From: Candidatus Krumholzibacteriota bacterium
GTDB taxonomy: Bacteria; Krumholzibacteriota; Krumholzibacteriia; JAJRXK01
Assembly: GCA_963764625.1 (NCBI GenBank)
Contig: CAVXTH010000009.1
Span: forward strand, 1,024,001 to 1,088,000
Length of the DNA stretch: 64,000 nucleotides
Direction of reading: 5' to 3'
The position numbers and the translations under genes were made by a program. The notes under the pieces were generated by a model. It ran no database searches. It was not told where the DNA came from and saw nothing but the letters and a program-made list of their open reading frames with translations. Shown piece by piece: positions 31,484 through 41,338 of this stretch; positions within the stretch are counted from its first letter, which is position 1, and every line of letters starts with the position of its first letter.

Positions 31484-32437
31484 ATGAAGCTGCGGAAAGT
31501 CCTCGTTCTATCTGCCCTGGGATTGAGCCTGTTGGCCACGCTTCCCGCTACGGCCCGCGCGGCCCAAGTCTTCGAGAAGGTGGGTACCTTTGGGGCTCAG
31601 TTCTTGAAGATCGGGGTGAGCGCCCGGGCTACCGCTCTCGGTTCGGCTTTCACCGCGATCGCGGACGACGCGACCGCCGTGTACTGGAATCCGGCCGGCA
31701 TCGTATCCATCCGAGGAAGCGAACTCACTCTCAATCAGACCATGTGGCCGGCCGACATCAAGCTCAGCTACGCGGCCTACGTCTTCAACCCCAGGAGCAT
31801 CCCCGGAACCTTCGCCATCAGCGCGCGCGCTCTCTGGATGGACCCCGAGCCGGAGAGAACCGCCTTCAAGCCCGAGGGCACGGGCCGCACCTTCGACAAC
31901 GGGATGAGTACGCTCGGTCTCACCTACAGTCGCTATTTCACGGACAAGTTTTCCGCCGGGTTTACCGGCTATTACCTGCACAGCGGACTCGCGGAGACTT
32001 CGGTCAACTCCTTCCTCATGGACGTGGGGATTCTCTATCGGGTCGGGATTCGCGGCATGAAAATCGGGATGATCATTCAGAGCTTGGGCGGCGAGGTGAA
32101 CTACGACGATCGTCCCGCCCGCATGCCCACGACCTTCAAGGTCGGAGTGAGCTTCCTGCCGATTCGCACCGAGCGCCAGACCGTACTCGTGTCGGGCGAA
32201 TTCCAGCACCCGGCGGACAATGCGGAACGTGCCAATTTCGGCCTGGAATACGGCATGGACGATACCTTCTTCCTGCGCGGCGGCTACAACCTCAATTACG
32301 ACTCGGAGACTTTCTCCGCCGGAGCCGGGTTCCGGGTCCATACCGGGGAAAGCAGCGCGGCGGTTCTCGACTACTCCTACGTGGACATGTCGAGCTTGGG
32401 TGGCGTCCATCGGGTCACGGTCTCGTTCCGGTACTAG
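31484..32437 (+). CDS. PorV/PorQ-family outer-membrane beta-barrel
   Basis: Signal peptide; FLKIGVSARATALG.AF.A..DDATAVYWNPAG; LRGGY; ends HRVTVSFRY. Confidence 0.88.
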   Translation: MKLRKVLVLSALGLSLLATLPATARAAQVFEKVGTFGAQFLKIGVSARATALGSAFTAIADDATAVYWNPAGIVSIRGSELTLNQTMWPADIKLSYAAYVFNPRSIPGTFAISARALWMDPEPERTAFKPEGTGRTFDNGMSTLGLTYSRYFTDKFSAGFTGYYLHSGLAETSVNSFLMDVGILYRVGIRGMKIGMIIQSLGGEVNYDDRPARMPTTFKVGVSFLPIRTERQTVLVSGEFQHPADNAERANFGLEYGMDDTFFLRGGYNLNYDSETFSAGAGFRVHTGESSAAVLDYSYVDMSSLGGVHRVTVSFRY

Positions 32438-32479
32438 GGGGCTTCGGGCCAGGCGGAACTCCGATGGGGCCGTGAAACA

Positions 32480-33985
32480 ATGCGAAGACGAGCGACACGC
32501 GACGAACTCCGGCCAGGGGGAGAATCCACCCTTCTCCTCACGTTCGCGGCTGCCCTGCTCGTACTCTCGCTCGGGGCGAACTCATCGCGGGCCGGGGTTC
32601 CTCTCGCGCTTCAATCCACCGGAGACCTGAGCTTCAGCGCCGATTTGCCGGTCTTCTTCGATTCGCAGGGCCCCAGGCTAGACGCGACGGTCATCGTCTA
32701 TCATCCCCAGCTGGAATTTCAGAAGCGGCCGAGTGGCGAGTACGAGGCCAGAGCGCGGCTTCATCTGAAGCTCGCGCGCGAGGGAGAGGTTTTCCTCGAT
32801 ACCGAACAGGTCTTCGTGGTCGACGTGAACGACTGGCAGGGAACCCAGAATGCCAAGCGCTTTGCTCTATTCGAACTCAGCCGCCACGTCGACAGTGGAT
32901 CCTGGGCGGTGACGATCGAACTGGAGAACCTGGACAGCGGCCAAGGGCTCAGCCAGAAGAAGGCGCAGGCCAGCGGAGTCCTCGTCGTTCCTTCGCCGCA
33001 GTCCACCGGCTGCTACCTGAGTGATCTCGAGTTTCGCTGGAATACGCCACAGGGCACGCAGCTTCCCAATCCTGAGCGTCTCTACGGGATCAGCCAGGAC
33101 ACGCTGCGAGTGTATTTCGAGCTCAATCGCGCTCCCCAGACGCCGGTGTCCCTCGCGGTGCGCATCGAGGACCCCCTGAGTGGTTTCTCGCAGGGCGATA
33201 CCATTTCGGTGGGGGGTACAGACGACCGGCGGGCCGCGACCTACAACGCCCCGCTACAGACCTTCCTGGAGGGAAGTTATCGACTGACGATCGTGCCGCT
33301 TCAGATGGAGACGGAGCCGAGGCAGGGTCAGTTCGTGGTGGCGTGGAACATGGATCATCTCCTGGCGAATTCGCACCTGGTGGATTTGGAGGTCGAGCTG
33401 CTCTTCACCGGCGATCAGCGGGATCGTCTGAAGAACATGTCGCGAACCGCGCGGGCAGCGGCGCTCGACAAGTTCTGGGCCGTCCACGATCCCACGCCTG
33501 GAACCAAAGCAAACGAGACCTACGAGCGCTTTCTGAAACGAGTGGACTACGCGAGGCGCTTCTTCGCCGAACAGGGAGTTCCGGGTCCCTTGAGCGCGCG
33601 TGGTCGCGTATACATTCGCTATGGGGCTCCGGCTCAGCGTCAATTCGACGTGGTTCCCAACGATACCGCGGAGATGGAGGAGGCGATCGCGAAGGTGCAT
33701 GATCCAGCTCAAGTGGATCGCGCCGGGAAGACCGTGAAGTCGACGGTGCCCCTCGACCGATCCCGCTTTGAAACTCAGCAAGACCTGTCTAGATTGACCC
33801 CGGGTTCGTTGAATTCTTTGGCGGCCTTCGAGCTCTGGATCTACGATCAGGTCGGCGATCCCCTGATCGAGAGCGAGACTCCGGAATGGTCCGAGGGGAT
33901 GGATCTGCGGTTCCTCTTCGTGGACCAACTCGGCACTGGGGTCTATCACCTAGAAACCTCCAATTACCCATTTCGCAAGGACTAA
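32480..33985 (+). CDS. Exported GWxTD-domain protein with variant motif
   Basis: FWAVHDPTPGT..NE....F..RV.YA...F, GPLSARGRVYIRYG.P, E.W.Y, F.FVD..G.G.Y. Confidence 0.85.
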   Translation: MRRRATRDELRPGGESTLLLTFAAALLVLSLGANSSRAGVPLALQSTGDLSFSADLPVFFDSQGPRLDATVIVYHPQLEFQKRPSGEYEARARLHLKLAREGEVFLDTEQVFVVDVNDWQGTQNAKRFALFELSRHVDSGSWAVTIELENLDSGQGLSQKKAQASGVLVVPSPQSTGCYLSDLEFRWNTPQGTQLPNPERLYGISQDTLRVYFELNRAPQTPVSLAVRIEDPLSGFSQGDTISVGGTDDRRAATYNAPLQTFLEGSYRLTIVPLQMETEPRQGQFVVAWNMDHLLANSHLVDLEVELLFTGDQRDRLKNMSRTARAAALDKFWAVHDPTPGTKANETYERFLKRVDYARRFFAEQGVPGPLSARGRVYIRYGAPAQRQFDVVPNDTAEMEEAIAKVHDPAQVDRAGKTVKSTVPLDRSRFETQQDLSRLTPGSLNSLAAFELWIYDQVGDPLIESETPEWSEGMDLRFLFVDQLGTGVYHLETSNYPFRKD

Positions 33986-34012
33986 GGGGTTGTTCTGATG
34001 CGGAAGCAAGTC

Positions 34013-34042
34013 TTGACAGTGCGAAAACGGGCTCCGTATACT
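34013..34042 (+). promoter_or_regulatory. Putative sigma70 promoter of exbB
   Basis: TTGACA-N18-TATACT. Confidence 0.6.
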
Positions 34043-34150
34043 ACTGCCTGTTTTTCGGATATTTTCGGGTCGGGGTCGACTTTCTTATCGACATCTGCGG
34101 CTCCTGGAAACCCGCGCAATTCGTCACCCGAGGAAAGGACAAGGCAGCCA

Positions 34151-35014
34151 ATGGCTCGCAATGGTCTGTTCACATGCGCCCTCCTGTTCGTCGCGGCCCT
34201 GACCCTGGCATTCGCGCATCCGGCCGTAGCCCAGGATGCACCCCCCGATTCCCTCAACTTCGAGGGAGTGATGAATACGGCGGATTCGCTGGCGTGGTCG
34301 CTCTCGGACTCCAGCGACGAAGTCGTGGTCGTCGAGGTCCCGGCGGGTGGCTTCATGGGGTGGTTCGAGCGGGACATGCCCTGGCTCGCTCGCAGTGGCG
34401 CCGGTCAGCTCTTCATCAAGGGCGGCAACTTCATGCTGCCTCTCTTTCTCTGCGCGATCGTGATGATCGCAGTGCTGATCGAGCGTTTCGTCACTCTGGC
34501 ACGCGCGCGGACGAACACGCGCCGTCTCATCGGCACCGTCATCACGACTCTCCGCAGTGACGGCATCACCGAGGCCGCCCAAGTCTGCGAGCGCACTCGC
34601 GGGCCCATTGCCGCGATTCTCCACAGCGGTTTGCTGCGGGCCGACCGCGGCCCCGAAGCGGTGGAGAAGGCCATCGAGACCTCGGGAACTATCGAGATGT
34701 CCTTCCTCGAGCGAGGGCTGGTGGCCCTTTCCACGGTGGCGAACGTGGCGCCTCTGTTGGGCTTTCTCGGAACCGTCTCGGGTATGATCAATGCCTTCGA
34801 GGCCATCGCCAACGCTGATCAGGTGAACGCGAAACTGGTCGCGAGCGGGATCTCGGAAGCTCTCATCACCACTGCGGCCGGGCTCGTAATCGCGATTCCC
34901 GCCAGTATTGGCTACAGCTTCTTTCTCTCGGTGATCGATCGCTTTATCATTGAGATGGAGGAGACTTCAGCCGAGCTGGTGGAGGAACTGACGCAGGTCG
35001 GCCCCTCCGCCTGA
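34151..35014 (+). CDS. exbB: MotA/TolQ/ExbB proton-channel protein with N-terminal extension
   Basis: APLLGFLGTVSGMI.AF, GISEALITTAAGL.IAIP. Confidence 0.92.
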   Translation: MARNGLFTCALLFVAALTLAFAHPAVAQDAPPDSLNFEGVMNTADSLAWSLSDSSDEVVVVEVPAGGFMGWFERDMPWLARSGAGQLFIKGGNFMLPLFLCAIVMIAVLIERFVTLARARTNTRRLIGTVITTLRSDGITEAAQVCERTRGPIAAILHSGLLRADRGPEAVEKAIETSGTIEMSFLERGLVALSTVANVAPLLGFLGTVSGMINAFEAIANADQVNAKLVASGISEALITTAAGLVIAIPASIGYSFFLSVIDRFIIEMEETSAELVEELTQVGPSA

Positions 35015-35062
35015 GCTGACGGGAACTAGGGGCGCCTGGCGCAGGTTGAAGCGGAGTAGACC

Positions 35063-35479
35063 ATGGCAGTAAAGCTGAAACGCAGGAAGCAGGGTGTGGC
35101 CGAGATCAACATGGCCTCGATCTCGGACATCGTGTTCCTTCTGCTCATCTTCTTCATGGTCGCGACGATCTTCAATCAGGAGTTGGGACTGCCGCTCATC
35201 TTGCCCGGCAAGACGGATTCGAACGAAGAGGTCAAGGTCAAGCAGTCCAACGTCGCGGATCTGAAGATCGACGCGTTCAACCAGGTCACACTCGATGGAG
35301 TGCCGATTCGAGTCAACCAGATCAAGAATGAGCTGATTCGCAGACTCAAGGCCAATTCGAAACTGGTGGTCATTCTGAGCACGCACCCCGATGCCGATTA
35401 CGGGGCAATGGTGTCGGTGCTCGACGAGATCCGCCTCGCGAAAGCGCGGCGCATGGCCATCAAGGTACTCAAGAGCTAG
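35063..35479 (+). CDS. exbD: ExbD/TolR
   Basis: INMASISDIVFLLLIFFMV. Confidence 0.92.
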   Translation: MAVKLKRRKQGVAEINMASISDIVFLLLIFFMVATIFNQELGLPLILPGKTDSNEEVKVKQSNVADLKIDAFNQVTLDGVPIRVNQIKNELIRRLKANSKLVVILSTHPDADYGAMVSVLDEIRLAKARRMAIKVLKS

Positions 35480-35490
35480 AGGGATCCAGG

Positions 35491-35913
35491 GTGAAGTTCG
35501 AGAAGAACATCAAGTCCACCACGAGCATCCCCACCGCGTCGATGGGCGACATCGTGTTCATGCTGTTACTTTTCTTCATGGTTACCACGGTGTTCAAGAC
35601 CGAAGATGGTCTGCCGGTGGATCTCCCCCGGGCGGAGTCCGGAGTGGAGCCCAAGCGGGAATTGGTGAGCCACATCTGGATCGATCGCAAGGGGAGGATC
35701 TCGATCGACGACAAGCTCGTGACCGTAGAAGCGGTGTTTCCGATCATGCTGCAGAAGTACAAGGAGAACCCGCTGTTGATCGTGGCCTTCCAGACCGACA
35801 CGAAGGCCAAGTACAAGGTCATGGACGACGTTATGGAGAAGCTGAAGGAGGCCAACGCGGTCCGCGTGAGCTTCAATGACAAGTTCGAGTCTTTGTCCGG
35901 TCCGAAGTATTAG
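35491..35913 (+). CDS. exbD: ExbD/TolR, second copy
   Basis: IPTASMGDIVFMLLLFFMV. Confidence 0.92.
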   Translation: MKFEKNIKSTTSIPTASMGDIVFMLLLFFMVTTVFKTEDGLPVDLPRAESGVEPKRELVSHIWIDRKGRISIDDKLVTVEAVFPIMLQKYKENPLLIVAFQTDTKAKYKVMDDVMEKLKEANAVRVSFNDKFESLSGPKY

Positions 35914-35927
35914 AGTTAGAGGCAGTC

Positions 35928-36602
35928 ATGACGACGCATGCGCATGTGACGAAAGGCTCGCACCTTGGACTCGGTGAGGCAGTCTTCCTCAACGAGAACC
36001 AACGCTTCAAGGCGCGCTACGGGGTCTATCTGCGTCGTTCGACCTACGCCTCTCTGCTTATCTGGCTTCTGATCTTCCTTTTCTCTCCGGTGTACAAGCC
36101 CACGCCGTATCATCTCCGCGAAGACAAGATCGAGATTCTCGACATCCCCGACGCGATCGACATCCCGCCTCCTCCCAAGGAGATTCCGCGGCCCCAGGTG
36201 CCAATCGAGGCGGCTCCGGATGCGGAAGTGAATGAGGACGTCGATCTGGCAGAGACTCTCCCGGATAACTGGGATACGGCCGCTCTCCCCCAAGGTGGCG
36301 GCTCGGCCACCACGGGAAACACCTTCGTCGCGTTCGACACCAAGCCCGAAATCGTGAAGTGGGTGCCCCCGAAATACCCTGAGACCGCACGAGACATGGA
36401 ATTGCAGGGCACCGTCCTGGTGAACGTGCTCGTGGGCACCGACGGACGGGCCAAGACGGCCGAGGTCATCAAGAGCGTGCACCCGATCCTGGATGCCGAG
36501 GCCCTGAAGGCGGCCCTCCGATGCATTTTCAAGCCGGGGAAACAACGAGACTTCGCGGTGGAAGTCTGGGTGACCTTACCGTACAGATTCAAGCTCTACT
36601 AA
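35928..36602 (+). CDS. tonB: Energy transducer TonB
   Basis: TM anchor, PPPP linker, PKYPETAR...QGTV.V.V...G, F.PG.Q. Confidence 0.9.
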   Translation: MTTHAHVTKGSHLGLGEAVFLNENQRFKARYGVYLRRSTYASLLIWLLIFLFSPVYKPTPYHLREDKIEILDIPDAIDIPPPPKEIPRPQVPIEAAPDAEVNEDVDLAETLPDNWDTAALPQGGGSATTGNTFVAFDTKPEIVKWVPPKYPETARDMELQGTVLVNVLVGTDGRAKTAEVIKSVHPILDAEALKAALRCIFKPGKQRDFAVEVWVTLPYRFKLY

Positions 36603-36807
36603 AGGGCGGCCCCCCAGCATCTTGGCTGCAACCCGGGCGGCGATCTTCCGTATGATCGGGGGAGTGTCGAACTGCTTGTCCCAAGAATCTTGGTGGCCGT
36701 TTCCCGCTCTGTTGTGTTCGCTGTGGGCTCGCCATACGGCTCGAGGATGGCCGGCCTTCACGGTGATGGTAGAATCTCCACTGTGTCTCCCTAAGGAGTG
36801 TCTTTCC

Positions 36808-38307
36808 ATGAAGAGAGTGTCCCTCCCAAGGACCGTTTCCTTCGCAGCTCCACTCATGCTGCTGCTCGTCGCGGCGTTTTCCACGCCCTGCCACGCTCAG
36901 TTGGACATCAAGCTCCAGCAACTCCAAGAGGCGATCAAGGGGCTCTACACGGGGAACCCGGTCACTCTGGACGAGTGCTTGAAGGTGGCCAAGGTGGGCT
37001 CCACCGCCCTGGGAGTGTACGAGGAGAACCTCTCGGCGGCGCGAAGCGATCAGACCGCCGCCAAGGCTCAGTGGTTGCCGGACCTCTCCGCCTCTGCCAA
37101 CTGGAATCGAGCCCAACGCACGGACTTCGACGTGGAGGATTATAGCAACGCGACCATCGTGGCCGGCCAGCCCATCTACTACGTGGATCAGAACGGGAAC
37201 TTCCTCGACCAGCTCTCCATCAATGGCGTGCCGGCCTTCGAGCCCTCGCTCGTGGCTTCGGGAACGACGGATCAGACGATCCTCCAGACTTTCAAGTCGG
37301 CCAGCCTCGGCACCAACTGGACTGTTTTCGACGGATTCCAGCGGATCTCCTCCATCAAGGCCAGTGGAGCGGCGGTCCGGGCCGCCCAGTCCGATCTGGG
37401 CTATCAGGAGACCCTACTCATCCAAGACGTGAGTGAGGCGTTCTACAACGTGGTGCGCGCCCAGAAGCAGGTGGAGGTCGCCACGGAGACCCAGGACGTC
37501 GCGAAGCAGGAACTCGATCGCAGCAAGACCTACTTCGACGTGGGGATCGCCACCAAGAGCGACGTGCTGCAGGCGCAGGTGCGCTACAAGCAGACGCAGC
37601 TCGACCTGGTCCGCGCCCGCAATTCCGAGCGCCAGTCCTTCGTGCTCTTGACTCATTTCATGAACATTCCCGGGGCGGAACGGTTCGAACTGGCGCCCGA
37701 CCTGCCCAAGGACATCGCTTCGATCGAACTCCCCCAGCTCTCCAATCTGCTGGGGGAGGCGCGCCAGGATCGGCTCGATCTGAAGTCGGCTCGCGAAAAT
37801 CTGGAGGCCAGCGGTTACGCCATCACCCAGGCTCGGTCGGGCTATTGGCCGCAGCTCAGCATCTTCGGTCAGGCCTCCTTGAGCCAGAGTGAAACGCCGT
37901 ATCGCTTCGGTGCCCAGAAGAACAAGCAGTACAGCTGGGGCGCGCGCGTGAACTGGAATCTCTTCGACCGCTTCCAGACCAGAAATCGCTCCCGCCAGGC
38001 CTTGGCCGCGAAGCGGCGGGCCGAGTACAACCTGCGCCAGTCGCAGCTGACGATGGATAGCGAATTGAGCGGATTCTTGAATAATCTCATCGAGGCCAAG
38101 GAAAGTTACGTCGTGGCTTCGGAGACGGTCGACCAGGCCGAGGAGGACCTCCGGCTCGCGTCCGAGCGATTCAAAGTGGGGGCCGGCACCAGCCTGGACG
38201 TCATCAACGCCCAGCAGAGTCTCGCGCAGGCGCGTGGGGACGTGGTGAACGCGGTGGCTGACTTCTGCATCGCGCGCGCCAAGATCGACCGAGCGACGGG
38301 CCGCTGA
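36808..38307 (+). CDS. TolC-family outer-membrane protein
   Basis: Two OEP repeats (W.VFDG, G.ATK.DVLQAQ; WNLFD, G.GT.LDV..AQ); RBS AAGGAG. Confidence 0.88.
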   Translation: MKRVSLPRTVSFAAPLMLLLVAAFSTPCHAQLDIKLQQLQEAIKGLYTGNPVTLDECLKVAKVGSTALGVYEENLSAARSDQTAAKAQWLPDLSASANWNRAQRTDFDVEDYSNATIVAGQPIYYVDQNGNFLDQLSINGVPAFEPSLVASGTTDQTILQTFKSASLGTNWTVFDGFQRISSIKASGAAVRAAQSDLGYQETLLIQDVSEAFYNVVRAQKQVEVATETQDVAKQELDRSKTYFDVGIATKSDVLQAQVRYKQTQLDLVRARNSERQSFVLLTHFMNIPGAERFELAPDLPKDIASIELPQLSNLLGEARQDRLDLKSARENLEASGYAITQARSGYWPQLSIFGQASLSQSETPYRFGAQKNKQYSWGARVNWNLFDRFQTRNRSRQALAAKRRAEYNLRQSQLTMDSELSGFLNNLIEAKESYVVASETVDQAEEDLRLASERFKVGAGTSLDVINAQQSLAQARGDVVNAVADFCIARAKIDRATGR

Positions 38308-38324
38308 GCGGCGGGAGCGACGAG

Positions 38325-39011
38325 TTGCTCATCGAGATCGAGAACGTGCACAAGATCTACGAGCTCGGAATCCACCGAGTTCACGCCTTGGGCGGGGTCA
38401 CCCTCCACATAGAAGAGGGCGAGTACCTGGCGATCATGGGTGCGTCTGGCTCGGGCAAATCCACTCTCATGAACATCCTTGGCTGTCTTGACACCCCCAC
38501 CAGCGGATCGTACCGTCTGAAGGGATCGCAAGTCGATCAATTGGACGACGACGAGTTAGCCGGAATTCGAAATCGGGAGATCGGTTTCGTGTTCCAGACT
38601 TTCAATCTGCTCCCGAGGTCGACCGCGGCCCAGAACGTCGAGCTCCCACTGATCTACGCGGGGAAGAAGGCGGCGGAACGCGAGAGTCGAGCGCGGGAAG
38701 CGCTGCGGGCGGTGGGCCTTCAAGAACGAATTCACCATCGCCCCAACGAGTTGTCGGGAGGCCAAAACCAACGAGTGGCCATCGCTCGGGCTCTCGTCAA
38801 CCAGCCTTCCATTCTCTTGGCCGACGAACCCACTGGGAACCTGGACTCCAGGACCAGTGACGAGATCATGGAGCTCTTGGATGCGCTACACGGGCGGGGA
38901 CACACCGTCATCATCGTCACCCACGAGGAAGAGATCGCGGCGCACGCCCGGCGCATCGTGCGTCTTCGCGACGGAACCGTCGAATTGGATCAAACCGTCG
39001 GGTCGATCTAG
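38325..39011 (+). CDS. MacB/LolD-like ABC ATP-binding protein
   Basis: [42 protein letters not shown]. Confidence 0.92.
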   Translation: MLIEIENVHKIYELGIHRVHALGGVTLHIEEGEYLAIMGASGSGKSTLMNILGCLDTPTSGSYRLKGSQVDQLDDDELAGIRNREIGFVFQTFNLLPRSTAAQNVELPLIYAGKKAAERESRAREALRAVGLQERIHHRPNELSGGQNQRVAIARALVNQPSILLADEPTGNLDSRTSDEIMELLDALHGRGHTVIIVTHEEEIAAHARRIVRLRDGTVELDQTVGSI

Positions 39012-39015
39012 CTCG

Positions 39016-40344
39016 GTGAGGCCTTCGGTGGCCCTGTTCTGGGCGCTGGTGGTCTTTGCGCTGTTCGCAGCTCTCCCCTCTTTCGCCCAGCGCCGTTTCG
39101 TCGACGGCGATTGGGGCGGCGGACCGCACGCCTGGTACGACAGCGAAGTCAAAGCCGGATTCGACGATACCGGACGCGCGGAGGCCGTGGTGACCATCAC
39201 GGTTCCCTATCGCCATCTCATCTTCCTGAAACAGGCTGACGGACGATTTCGCGCGGGGTATCACCTCAGAGTGGTACAGCGGGACGAATCCAAGAAGGCT
39301 CTGCGCTCGCAGGAGTGGAACGGCGAGGTCTACGTGGAAGACTATGCTCAGACGCGAGTCTCGACCGTGCTCAAGCGCGAGTTGAGGTTTGCCCTGGCGC
39401 CCTCGGCAGCCAAGCAAGTCCTCGTGAATGTCAGGATGGACCTGGAGGGAAGTCATCGCTGGGGCAAGCGAGAGTTCACGCTGGGACTTCCCCACCTCCC
39501 TCCGGGGGGAGTCGCACTCGGCGATGTCGCGCTCTACCACCCTCGCGAACCAGGGGAATACACCGCCCGCGATACCAGTCTGATCGGCCTCGCGCCGGGA
39601 CAGCTCGCGAGAGACTTTACCCGTTCCGCCTACCCCCTTTTCGACCTCTCCTCGGGCGAACCCTATGCGTTGGTGCAGGTCTACGATTTTCGATCCAGTG
39701 GCGATCGTGACTCGCTCACCCTCGGCTTTCAGATCCGGGAAGATCGAGGTAGTGGCAAGGTTCACTGGACGAGGCGGGTGCGCGTCGCCAGCCAGGAAAA
39801 GGAACGATCCTTCCTTCTGAGGCTTCCCCCGGGTGCGTGTACTCGAGGCGAGAACCTGCTGCGTATCACTTTGATCGGCGGTGACGAGCGGAAGCTCGAG
39901 TTTCAGAACTTCGGACTGGACGCGAACTCGGACAAGCAATGGGAAGAGAATCTGAGGGTCATCGAGGCGATCGCGAGCGACGCCGAGCTGCAGAGCTTGC
40001 GCGATACCCCGGCGGGGGAGAGGATCGCGGCGTGGAACGCGTTCTGGCAGCGGCGTGATCCCGACCCCAATACGCCGGGCAACCCCCGTCTGAAGGCGCA
40101 CTACGAGCGCGTGAGCCACGCACGAGAGAATTTCAAGGACGGGACCTCCGACGGAGCCACCAGCGATCGAGGGCGCGTCTACGTCCGCCTGGGTCCCCCT
40201 GACAGCATCGAGAGTCAAACCATGCTCCAGAGCAGCAGTGCCGAGTATGAACTGTGGCACTATCTGGATCGGGGAGAGACCTTTTACTTCCGCGACGACG
40301 ATGGCCTGGGACATTGGGCTCTGGTCTGGCGAGAACAGGACTGA
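39016..40344 (+). CDS. Second exported GWxTD-domain protein with variant motif
   Basis: FWQRRDPDPNTP.N....Y.RV..A...F, GATSDRGRVYVRLGPPD, ELWHY, FYFRD..G.G. Confidence 0.87.
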   Translation: MRPSVALFWALVVFALFAALPSFAQRRFVDGDWGGGPHAWYDSEVKAGFDDTGRAEAVVTITVPYRHLIFLKQADGRFRAGYHLRVVQRDESKKALRSQEWNGEVYVEDYAQTRVSTVLKRELRFALAPSAAKQVLVNVRMDLEGSHRWGKREFTLGLPHLPPGGVALGDVALYHPREPGEYTARDTSLIGLAPGQLARDFTRSAYPLFDLSSGEPYALVQVYDFRSSGDRDSLTLGFQIREDRGSGKVHWTRRVRVASQEKERSFLLRLPPGACTRGENLLRITLIGGDERKLEFQNFGLDANSDKQWEENLRVIEAIASDAELQSLRDTPAGERIAAWNAFWQRRDPDPNTPGNPRLKAHYERVSHARENFKDGTSDGATSDRGRVYVRLGPPDSIESQTMLQSSSAEYELWHYLDRGETFYFRDDDGLGHWALVWREQD

Positions 40345-40357
40345 CAAGGAGGACGGC

Positions 40358-41331
40358 TTGATCGATCCCAGCCTAGGGTTTTCGCTTCGCGAAAAGATGG
40401 ATGCCCTGCCCATCGACTGGCGCAATGCGTATCTGGGGTTCGACGCGCGCGGAAAACCGTGCGGCTGGCCCGGGTCGGCGGCCGAGCTCGCCGGCGTTCC
40501 CACGATCACGGTGAGTGCGGAGCTCGTGGTTGAGACCCCGCTCGAAGCGCTCCGGGAGTCCCCTTCACATCGTGCCGGGCTCTTGAGCGAGGCGCGCATG
40601 GGCGAACTCTTCCAGCTGATTCAAGAACGCGGGGAATGGTCTCTGGTCGCCGGAGAGGACGGCTACGTCGCCTGGATGCGGTCCTGGTCCAGCCGCAAGT
40701 TGAGTCAAAGGGAAAAAGAAGAGCTCCTCTCCCGACGCATCGGGCTCTTCGAACCGGTGCTGGGGACTTTCGATGCCCGTGATGGTATGTGTCAGGCTCT
40801 TTTGCGCGGCACGCCTCTGCTCCAGGTCGAGGACACCCGCCTCGATTCCTCGCCCATCTCGGTGGGTCTGGTGGATGGAACCAGGGGGCGTTTGCCCCTA
40901 CAGGCAGTGCGCTCGAGCCCCCCAAGGCGGAGGTGTCCGCGCTGGTGGGGGAGGCCAGTCGGTACCTGGGCGCGCCGTACCGGTGGGGAGGCCGGAGTCC
41001 TCTGGGACTGGATTGCAGCGGATATACCCAGCTCGTCGCTCGCTCGTGCGGGTTCTTTCTCCCCCGTGATGCCCTGCAGCAGGCAAGTTGTGGGAGCGCG
41101 GTCGCCTCGGACCCTGCGGGCTGGCAACCGGGCGACCTCCTCTTCTTCCACGAGCCGGTGGACCATGTCGCGTTTTGGGCCGGAAGCGGCACACTCCTTC
41201 ACGCGCGGATTCGGGTCTGCCAGCAGAAGAGCGCGGAACTCGCCGAGCTCATGGACTCCCTCGTCGCGGTGAGGAGACTGGGCGCCGCGGATCGACTCTC
41301 GCGCGAGAGTCTGTGTGCATGGATCGGCTGA
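40358..41331 (+). CDS. NlpC/P60 (YkfC-like) cell-wall peptidase with SH3-like N-terminus; one indel near 40900-40925
   Basis: YLGAPYRWGG.S..GLDCSG, LPRDA.QQ, PGDLLFF..HV...HA; upstream part in a different frame. Confidence 0.82.
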
Positions 41332-41338
41332 GAGGGCC

